From contig CM102285.1 in the NCBI GenBank assembly GCA_046563655.1, forward strand, positions 9,796,001 to 9,860,000: a stretch of DNA of 64,000 nucleotides, written 5' to 3'. The notes under the pieces were generated by a model. It was given only the letters and a program-made list of their open reading frames with translations. It was not told the origin of the DNA and did not search any database. The stretch is from Yuukianura sp. NJ FZ-2021 (taxonomy: Eukaryota). Each line of letters opens with the position of its first letter. The first letter of the stretch is position 1. Below are positions 37,748 to 47,330 of the stretch, one piece after another. Made by a program: the position numbers and the translations under genes.

Positions 37748-39661
37748 ATGGCTAATCCGAATCAGGCGGAAGAAGCTATGGACGTGGATCCACCGGAAGT
37801 TGAAGCCGTGGAAGCAGGAACACGAAATTCTGTACCTGCTGCAGCTTCATCTGCTGCATCTACAGTACCGATCCAAGTTCGAGTTCCCAATGATAATTCA
37901 ATCCAGCTTCGAAGCCGAGTTATTCGACGTGCCGTAAGGACCGTAGTCGGTCGTCGTGTCATCAACCTCAACAATCCTCCTGTGACAACAAATGCGGTAC
38001 CCAACGCATTTGTGGCAGCAAATCCTGTTGCCAATCCTGCTGGGCCTACAGATGCAGATGTGATTCCTGAGACCTTCACGGCGCGTCTTCTTGCGTACTC
38101 GCTGGTCATGATGCCTGAAAACAGTAAACAAAATGTTGAAAACGGAGGAAAGGGTAATTCTACCCCGTATTTTTTATCGTTTCATTTGAAAATATACATA
38201 ACAAACTATGCTTTTCAGTTATTCTGCCGCCATCTTTTCTGGCAACTTTGTCGCTAATGGATATTACTTACCCGCTGCTCTTCAAAGTAACCAACCCTGC
38301 TCTTGATCGTAGCAGTCACTGCGGCGTACTTGAATTCACTTCTCATGAAGGAATCTGCTACCTTCCTCATTGGGTAACAATTTATTTTAGTAATTATAAA
38401 AATAAGATTAGACTTTTTGTACATGAAAATTTTAATTTTGTCATAGATGATGAAAAACTTACTGTTGGGAGAAGGGGAACCATTGACATTCGAAGACGCA
38501 TCTCTTCCGGTTGCGACCTATGCAAAATTTAAACCGCAATCTGTGGATTTTCTGGACGTTCCTGATCCAAAGTCAATGCTTGAAAACGCTTTACGACACT
38601 ACGCCTGTCTGACAACTGGAGATACGGTCGCAATTCATTACTACGACAAGATCTTTGAACTGAAAGTGATGGAAACTCTGCCAGCTCCAGCTGTGTGCTG
38701 CATTGATTGTGACATAAACGTAAAACGAAACTCGTGTTTTGTGTTGAATGTGAAAATTGAATGTATCCGGTGGTTGATTGTGATTCGTTTTTGGCATTTT
38801 CTTCCAGGTTGACTTTGATCCGCCTGTTGGCTATGTTGAGCCTGTCCGGAAGCCTAGGGAGGTGACTGAGCCAGTGACATGCAGTTACGCACCAGTTCCG
38901 GATAATAATCCAGGAGCCTTCAGTGGAGCAGGACACAGGTACTACTCCTAGCAACCTAACCTTGCGAAAACAGTGGAGTTTTTCTACCGAGCAATTAGCG
39001 AAAAAATCAACGTTTTTGCAAAAATCTCACATCGCCCCAACACCATTCCAAATTCTGTGAACAATATAATTACCAACGTATAAAATGTTTCAAATTAATT
39101 TAAGAAATGACATTTTAAAAAACTGAAAAGTCAATTATGTACGCTTGATGCTTTTTTAAAATGCATCTTTAAATTTGTTTTAAACGTTTTATAGGGTTTT
39201 AGTTATTTACCTTTTTTTTATTGTTCACAGAATTTGGAATGGTGTTGGGGCGATGTGAGATTTTTGCAAAAACGTTGATTTTTTCGCTAATTGCTCGGTA
39301 GAAAAACTCCACTGTTTTCGCAAGGTTAGGTTGCTAGGAGTAGTAGACAATTAAGTGCTTATTTTAGCAAGCTCTCAACCACAAAATTGCATGTTTTCAT
39401 CAATTTTGTCATTTCTCTACATCTTATAGGTTGGACGGGCAGGACTCTGGAGAACCGGAAGTGCATCGAGTTTCGAATTTGAAAAGAGGCGTTCCTGACT
39501 TTGAGTACAAACCTTGTGCTCTCGGGTTTGCTAGAGACTTTTCATATTTTGATGATCAAAATGGACATGTCAGCACTGAGGCCGAAGCTGAATCGACGTT
39601 CCAAGCCTTTGTTGGACAGGGCGAAACGCTTCAACCTCAACAAATTCCCGTTGAAGAATGA
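37748..39661 (+). CDS. UFD1: UFD1-like p97/Cdc48 cofactor, 398 aa, with N-terminal extension; exons 37748-38153, 38219-38373, 38447-38719, 38808-38938, 39430-39661
   Basis: [71 protein letters not shown] and VDFDPPVGY match the UT3 domain. SHP-like boxes FSGAGHRL and FVGQGETL and an NPL4-binding-like segment [10 protein letters not shown] are present. Splice phases are consistent. It may be a paralog rather than the ortholog. Confidence 0.9.
38942..39343. mobile_element. Young MITE with ~125-bp apparently perfect TIRs and TA duplication, at the 5' end of UFD1-like intron 4
   Basis: 38940-39066 (tactactcctagcaacctaaccttgcg...ctgtgaacaata) is the reverse complement of 39219-39345. TA lies at 38940-38941 and 39344-39345. 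The exact terminus could be 3 bp further in. Confidence 0.92.
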
Positions 39662-40064
39662 ACGCTACTCACACAAAAGACAACAATTTTACCACACAAA
39701 GAAGAAACAAGAAAAACGCGCTTCAATCAAAGACTCCAATTATAATTCCAAAAATATGCTAAAACACTTATAACCCAGGTTCGAAATTTCACACTCCCCA
39801 AAAAGACAAGGTAAGCGGAGAGGTGAAAGCGACGCTGTCATACTATACTGTTTTCTGGACAGTTACAAAAATTTTATTTATGTGAAAAATAAAGCGCACA
39901 AATTACAAAATAACAACTTTTCAAGAGATAGGCACACTTTCTCTGTTGTTTGTAGAGAAAGCAACAGAGTCCTCCGTCGTCTTCTCTTTGCTCTGTTTGA
40001 GGTGTTTCCCTATTGTGAAAGTAAAGTTAGGCTAAAGTTTAATGCTTCTTAGATTATCTACACC

Positions 40065-40292
40065 TTACTTCATGCACCAACGAACTCCGAAGTTAAGCAA
40101 AGCACAGCTCGCAACAATACAAATCGCAAAGGCGGCTACTTCCCAAGCCCCATTCGCAAATATAAGTAGGCAAAGGCAAACGAAGAGGAGGAAGCAAACG
40201 ACGCAACTGGTAAGTCTGAAGGTGAAGGCAATGAAGGCAGAAGGGTGTCCAAAGCCACCTTGACTTGCTACGCCTAGCACAGCAGCATTCAT
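40065..40292 (-). CDS. Possible small two-transmembrane protein (75 aa unspliced; a possible 59-nt intron at 40010-40068 would extend it)
   Basis: ATG preceded by an in-frame stop; two hydrophobic Cys-rich stretches (LTSCVVCFLLFVCLCLLIFA and VAAFAICIVASCALLNFGV); plausible GTAAGG...ctaac...caatag intron and an AATAAA near 39875. No homolog recognised. Confidence 0.4.
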   Translation of the reverse strand: MNAAVLGVASQGGFGHPSAFIAFTFRLTSCVVCFLLFVCLCLLIFANGAWEVAAFAICIVASCALLNFGVRWCMK

Positions 40293-40621
40293 TTCAATGT
40301 GCAGGTATTTATATTATTTTTCTGTTTATAATACTACATTATTATGTATACTAATATTGTATTCTTTGGTACACAAATAATGGCAAAGGCACAATTTCCG
40401 TATAAGAGAAGTTGAGGTACGAGATTGATTCGACACATTGGAGAAAGTTGAAAGTGAAAGTTGTAGACAGCTTGACTTGGCAGTGTTCGTATTCATTCGG
40501 ATTTTCGCTCGATACGAGAAGCGCGACAGTTGTAGTACGCAGAAATGAAAAAAAATCTTAAAACTAATCAATGAATAAAAATATTTTGGGTTAATGAACA
40601 ATTAAATGTTAATTTTAATAT

Positions 40622-43600
40622 TTAATTTCTGTTCCTTGTGTGCCGCCGGCGGTGAGAGTATACGTCAATGAAGCGGCCAGTAAACTAGGAACAGAAAAAT
40701 GCAAGAATTAAAATACTTAATTGTTTAACATCAAATTAATTTACGGTAATTGCTCAATTATACTGATAAAGCAATTATTGATTGTTACCGCAATTTCCTT
40801 CCAACCGCGATCAGTTTGGATGAATAACGCTTCCGTAGCTCGAACGTATGCCAAGGTTCCCAAAGCATACGGATCAAAATACTGAACGAAAAAACGAAGA
40901 AAGAGATTAAAATTTTATGTTTTAATTAAAATTACTATTTATTATTATAATTACATTTTGCAGCCATTTTATTGTTACAAGTAGTAGTCGTTAGTTGGAA
41001 TTAAAATGAATGCCGTCTTTACCTGACTCAGGTCCTCTTCACGACTGAGAACCGCAACGGAACTTTTGGTTACCCTCCCAGGGTCACCTGTTTGAACACC
41101 AAATTACATCGGTATTTAGAACTTTCTAAAAAAGCATTTCAAAAACTAATTTTTAGCACTGTGTAATACCCGGTTCGCCTTTAGGCCCGGGAGATCCAAC
41201 AATGTCTTTTCCGGGTGGGCCCTTTAGAACAAAACTTTCTTCAAGTGCAAAGTAAATTTTCAAGAGCAACTGATTGAGATTGATGTTTATTTCATACTTG
41301 TACTGGTATGTAAATCTTTTGTGTTTGATCATTTTGTGTCTCGTTGAATCCTTTTTTGCGTTTAGCTTTGTAACAATGCTGGCAGTTGATTGATCTCCCC
41401 GGATGTCCTCTTTCACCTCTAAAAAGATTCGAAACATTCGCAATCTAACAAATGGAATACGTCAAATTTTCAAATCTTACTTTTCTCCTTTGAGGCTCAA
41501 CTTCAATTCATCGGTAACTTCAACCGGCATCCCGGGTTCTCCTGTTAACAGTTTTGATTTAGCATAATTCAGTTAGTAATTGTTGTTAATATTTTGTCAT
41601 GCTTGTATACCTTTTTGTCCGACCACAGTTAGTCCCTGCAAAATTTAATGTAAAAAATATAAGGTCAGAGGTCATCCCGTAAACGAATATAAAAAAGATA
41701 TAACAATAACTTTCACCGGAAAACCTTTCTCGCCAGGCGGCCCCCTCCTTCCAGCACTTCCTTTTTCACCCTGCAAATTTCAAAAATGTTCAAGCGAGCC
41801 ACGCTTTTAGTTGACGATTTTCGTGAATTTTAATCAGTTTGTGGTTAAGTTGATTGCTACAGTGCTTAAAAAAATTATAGGGACAAGCATATTTTTGAGC
41901 ATAACTCTACAAATTGTCAATCTACGTCATCCAAAAACTTATATAATTCGGGATGTACAATTTAAAACTATGCTGCAATAGGTTATCCAAAATTGAGGCT
42001 AAGCAACTTTTCACAAAAATCGGAAAAAACGGAAAATACCGGAGGATAACATATTAATTAATTTACGCCTGCTAATTTGCGTCTTAACTTTCACCATAGT
42101 TTTCTTTGGTAAATTCCCGTATTATACTACTATAATTTTTTGAATGACTTAGCTTGACAACTTGTAGAGTTATGCTCAAAAATATGCTTGTCCCTATAAT
42201 TTTTTCCAGCACTGTGTGCTTTACCTTCGATTGGATAACACGTTGTCCAGCAATAAGTTTGTACACGAGAATGTCTCCGGGCTCACCCTTGCGCCCTTGC
42301 CTACCAGGTCTTCCGATTTCACCCTAATCAAAAAGTGAAACTAAGGAAGAGGGGTCCATGCCAATTACATAAAAAAAGACATCAACTGAAAAGACATCAA
42401 CACGAAAGACATCTACCAAAATTACATCAACAATCCAAACACATCAACCCAAAAGACATCAACAGAGCAGAAGTGAGGATTTTTTTTGAAATTTTAAAAA
42501 TTTAGTAAGACAGACTTACTGTAGACAATAGAACATACAGACGTAATCCTTATGACGTGCTTTACCAAACATAACTTTACCGCACCGCATGAGTATTGCT
42601 AAGTGTGATATAGCCAGACTTACTTTTTTTTTTAATTTTAAAAAAAATTTCCCCCCATTTCATAACCGGATATGAAAAGTAAAATTTCTATTGATGTCTT
42701 TCGTGTTGATGAATTAGAATTGTTGATGTCTTTTCAGTTGATGCCTTTTTTTATGTAATTTGATGTATTAGCGTGCTTCGAAGAAAGTCACATTGCGAGA
42801 ATTCAATCAAAGTGAAAGCAAACCCACCCTATGTCCGCGATCGCCTGGTGGGCCTTGAGGGCCAACGTCGCCTTTCTGCCCAGGTTTGCCCTCCAAACCT
42901 TAAGGTCATAAAAGAGATGAGAAGAACAGTGCGTTTGGAAAATGAAGGTCAGAGGTGAAATCGTCTCTGCATGTTCTCTGACACTTAGAATTCAATTACT
43001 TACGAATCACGACAACTTTTAATTCAATTCTTAAACCTTTCTGTTACGCATAGTCGCTCTAACAGTTTCTAAATGGTAAGGTTTGTACCTTCTGCTCCGA
43101 TAGGTCCAGGAGGGCCTGGTATTCCTCGGATTTCAAATCTTTTGGTCAATTCATCATTTCCGATGGCCTACACACGAAACATAGAAGAAAACAAACAAAA
43201 GTTTGTGTCATAATCAACAAGTATCTTGCTGTGCTCAGCACACTTTAAACTTGTTGACAGTTAATTTAGTGCTGAACTGGGATTCGAGGGATAAATAAAA
43301 GTTCAAATACGACTGGCGTCCAAAACTTCTAAGAACGTGACTGCATTTTAGATAGAAATTCCCCAGTGTGAATTAATCAACATTAATTAAAAATTCAAGT
43401 CCTTACGTCCAGAAATCGTGTCAATAAATCGTCGTAATCACAGTCGCAGCAGGACTTTGATGAGTTAGCAGCCTAAAAAACAAAATCAAAGTAGAGTTCA
43501 TAGGTACAAATTCTATATGTTAGTATTAGTCGTTGGGAATCTGTGTGAAGTTTTAGTTCAAAAAGATTTTTGCCGATTTTTTCAATTTTGAAACCAGATT

Positions 43601-45611
43601 TTCTAGACGAGTTTCATTTCAAGTCTCTAAAATTGAAATTTGAAGTCTGTAAAGCTTCATGCAAAGTGCTGGGAGTGTTTTATGACACGACTGTCAAAGA
43701 TTCAAGATTTTTGGCATGGATAAGCAAAAATTTGACACCCTATTGGCATTGACAAAACATGATCCTCCTTTGAGTTCAAGCTAATTTATTGGACACTTTA
43801 TCGTATTTCGCCTTTTTCCTCAACTGTATTGTTTACATCACTTAGCATTATTTTGTCCATTTTCTTCACAAATTGAACAAAACACATTTAAAATTTTAAA
43901 TGAGAATGGGAGCGTCATGTCATGAACTTGAATTAATTAAGGAACGGCAATGTATCACTGTCTCGTTTTAATTTGGCACATCACACCAACCTACTATGCA
44001 TCTTTCAGCTTCAGATGAATTCCAGCTTTTCATGAAAAATACTTTTTACTTGAAAATTCTTCCGCCGAGGGAAATGCTAAAACTCGAAGTTTAGTTTTGA
44101 AGTTGAAAAATTTCTTTCTTGAAAAGTGAGTAGACTGTTTGTAAACTTTTCAAGTGTAACTTTTTGCGAAGCAACTTTTTTAGGTTTCTGTCGGCATATG
44201 CAATCTGCCGAAAGGCTAGCAGCAGCAGCCTTCAATTATATTCTTGAGTGCAGAAATGGAACAGCCACTGACAGGCGAATTCTAGTTCCGTCTTTGCAAA
44301 AAAAAATATCATAAAGATCCGTCTGTTACGACTCTTTTCAAAGGAGAAAATGTTCTCCGTGTTGAATTACGAAATTGAATGATTGTAATGGGGAAAATGG
44401 CTGAAAAGTCAATTGTGGGCTTAACTAGAGCAACTTTTGCAACTTAAAAGCAGACGCCATGATCCATAAACGCCTCAACATATTATAGCCGTTTCTGTGC
44501 GATTTCTAAAAATGGTTCCATGCCATTGCATCAATTGAATTGTGTCAACGACAATTGTATCAATTGAATTGTATCAATTTGAATTGCATCAACGGCTAAT
44601 TGTATCAACGAGCCAATTGTATCAACTGGAGAATTGTGTCAATTGGCGAATTGTATCAACTATGAAATTGTATCAACTGGGCAATTGTATCAACTGGGAA
44701 ATTGTATCAACTGGAGAATTGTGTCAATTGGCGAATTGTATCAACTATGAAATTGTATCAACTGGGCAAGTGTATCAACTGGGAAATTGTGTCAACGGGT
44801 AAATTATGCTTCAAATTTTTATTGAGTAATACAGACTTCATTAATTTTTTTTCTAGTCAAACTCAAACATTTTTCTATAAAATAAAACAAAAATTTTACG
44901 CTGCATTAGCACAGTCTAATACCTCAACCACTTGAAAGCACTGAAACTAAATCAAAACTAAATTGTAACCTAAAAAACTTTACCTTAATATTAGAAACCT
45001 AACCGAAAAAAGAATCAAATTAAACATAGTTTTCTTTTATAAATAGAACAAAGTTTGAGTATTAAGTTAGTTGACTAGAAAAAAAAAATTAATGACGTCT
45101 GTTTTACTAAATAAAAATTTGAAGCATAATTTACCCGTTGACACAATTTCCCAGTTGATACAATTGCCCAGTTGATACAATTTCATAGTTGATACAATTC
45201 GCCAGTTGACACAATTCTCCAGTTGATACAATTGGCTCGTTGATACAATTAGCCGTTGATGCAATTCAAATTGATACAATTCAATTGATACAATTGTCGT
45301 TGACACAATTCAATTGATGCAATGGCGTGCACCCCTAAAAATAGGCTTTTTGATTACAATAGGAACTGTGAAAAGATGCATGATTTATAACGTATGTAAC
45401 AGACACATTTGAAATTTTGCCCCAGATTTCTACCGTAAAGACCCTAAAATTCGGTCAAGAATCATTGATTTCAGTTGACGAATCGTATTTTTAAATGTTT
45501 TCAAAATTTTTAAAAACTTACCTGAATTTCATTTTCCAAATCTCGTGATTTCGTAGCTTTAATCAAGTCCAGAGAAAGGAACGCCGTTAGTAGCCGAATT
45601 GGCCAAACCAT
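40622..45611 (-). CDS. Short interrupted collagen with a collagen XV/XVIII (multiplexin)-type trimerization domain, 310 aa, 13 exons
   Basis: Exons: 45522-45611, 43407-43472, 43089-43167, 42828-42898, 42225-42323, 41717-41770, 41611-41635, 41481-41541, 41304-41418, 41170-41221, 41023-41087, 40789-40881, 40622-40684. All are GT-AG with consistent phases, 933 nt in total. The product has Gly-X-Y runs ([30 protein letters not shown]...), then VAVLSREEDLSQYFDPYALGTLAYVRATEALFIQTDRGWKEIAF, then a stop. Exons 1-2 are less certain than the rest. Confidence 0.85.
41860..42214. mobile_element. Tc1-like MITE in a collagen intron
   Basis: TIRs of about 60 bp: CAGTGCTTAAAAAAATTATAGGGACAAGCATATTTTTGAGCATAACTCTACAA...; the right end is ...TGTCCCTATAATTTTTTCCAGCACTG. 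TA precedes it and TG follows it (mutated TSD). Confidence 0.85.
42351..42780. mobile_element. Degenerate foldback-type MITE with AAAGACATCAAC repeats in its arms, in a collagen intron
   Basis: aattacataaaaaaagacatcaactgaaaagacatcaaca (42363-) is inverted at about 42721-42760. The left tip GGGTCCATGCCA resembles the tip of the 44514-45334 element. The right tip and TSD are decayed, so boundaries are approximate. Confidence 0.7.
44514..45334. mobile_element. Foldback-type non-autonomous DNA transposon with 8-bp TSD (Merlin- or MULE-like)
   Basis: TSD CTAAAAAT at 44506-44513 and 45335-45342; GG...CC termini; arms at about 44514-44857 and 45071-45334 built from ~17-bp AATTGTATCAAC units. The near-identical translations of ORFs 44542(+) and 45306(-) confirm the inversion. 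Confidence 0.9.
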
Positions 45612-47330
45612 TGTTCTAAGAACTCAACCCACGCCGTATTCTTTGCCTGATTCAGCTCTAAGCCCAAAATCAAATTCTGAATTGTCACATTGTTTGTAAT
45701 GCAAAACAACAAAAAATTTCGCACTTAATCAACTCTTATTTACAGATTTACAAGGCTAGTTTTGTTAGAAATGCTGTTGAAGCACAGTGGGGATCTTTGT
45801 GAAAAGGCGGATTCGTGCTTTTGAATGAAGATGAGAATGATGAATAGGCTGAAATTTGATGTTACAAGGAACAACACCGAAATCTTTTTGTGCCTCTCTC
45901 CGTCTTCGTCCAACTGCCCTCTTGTTTCGTCTGCAATTGAGAACACAATGGAAACTTTGGGCAGTTACGTTATGGACTCTGCGTTGAAGCTTTTAAAATC
46001 TACCCCCGTTGACGCACGTTCGTAAAAAGTCTAAGCCTAATAGTAACTAGCCACATGAATTCGAAAAAACGACGTAAGCAAAAAGCGTTCTAAATCCCTC
46101 CAAATGTCTCTTCGATAATTGAGTTTCATGGCAAACGTGTGGAAATGGATATTTACTTAACCATAACGTTGTCCCTGTCCTCTTAGGCTCTATTTTAATC
46201 AACTTAATACCTTGCGAAAATGATACTTAACACTCAAGATAGTCTCTCATTTCAATTTCAATATCAGCACGCATGAGAGGATGAAAACACAACAGAATGA
46301 GTTTTAGCACAAATCCATATGCATTAAGTTTGGTTTTGGAAACACCAAAACTTTTGGTCCAAAAGTGGTCATTTCAATTTTCAACCCAAAATTTTGGTTA
46401 CTTTAAATGCGGAATTGTAAAAATGTTGTATTTTAGGGAGTTTCTCGTAGAAGTGACAGCATACACAAGGAAAGCCTTGAAAGGTGCGGAAACTGTAGTC
46501 CTTCGCAAAAACCTTGAAAATTTTGCTCATATCCGTCATCGTACAAACAGAAGTTGCGAATTGGAAAATGCAAATTTTTCAAAGTAAAAATGATTTTCCT
46601 TTTGTTTTTTTTCTTACAATTACAATGTGAATTAAATTACAAAATGACTTGCATTACAATTCCCCAATTACATGAAATTTAAATTTCGAAATTTTAAATT
46701 ACAAAAATAAGTTGCTCACGCTTGCTTTCAATATTTTTTAGCAGAATAGGCAAGAAACGCAACGTTAATTAACTTCCTGTGAGTTTTGCGTATTTCTCAA
46801 CGCCGTAAAAAGTGAAACAAATCGCATTGATGTTAACCTTAAAATTTGAAATTGTGTTCATCTGGATAGAAATTCAAATCCAATTTCTTTAATCCACTGA
46901 ATCGTGTCTATTGAAATAAAAGCATGAGGGGGCCTGCGAAATTACATGCTTAAACTGCATTAGTGGAATTAGATTTTTACTGTCACCGAGTCACAGGAGA
47001 GAAAGCAATATACTTTGATTTCATTCGGAACACAGGTCGTAGTTTTTCCAATGTTGAAATAAAATCGCCAAAGAACGTAAACATTTTCAAGAAAACAGAC
47101 GTTTCAAGAGTCTTACGACGCTGAATGGGTCTTCACTTTAGTTTAAAAGATGCAATGCGATTTATTGTGAATCCACAGGAGTTTACACTTGTAGCGTCAG
47201 GTATAAGGTTACAAATTGCATTGCTTAAGTAAAGTCTTATCCTTCGTGTTCGAATTCAAATTTATTCCGGTACTCCGATTTTTAGTTTATCTCCAGCGCT
47301 GGTGAAGTATTTGTTCCAGTACATTTCAAG

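Noticed and set aside
44542..45306. ORFs with repeating YQL.NC.NW.IVST units and 17-bp repeats (CRISPR-like or repeat protein?)
   Set aside because: They are the arms of a TSD-flanked inverted-repeat transposon; there are no unique spacers, no cas genes, and the context is eukaryotic.
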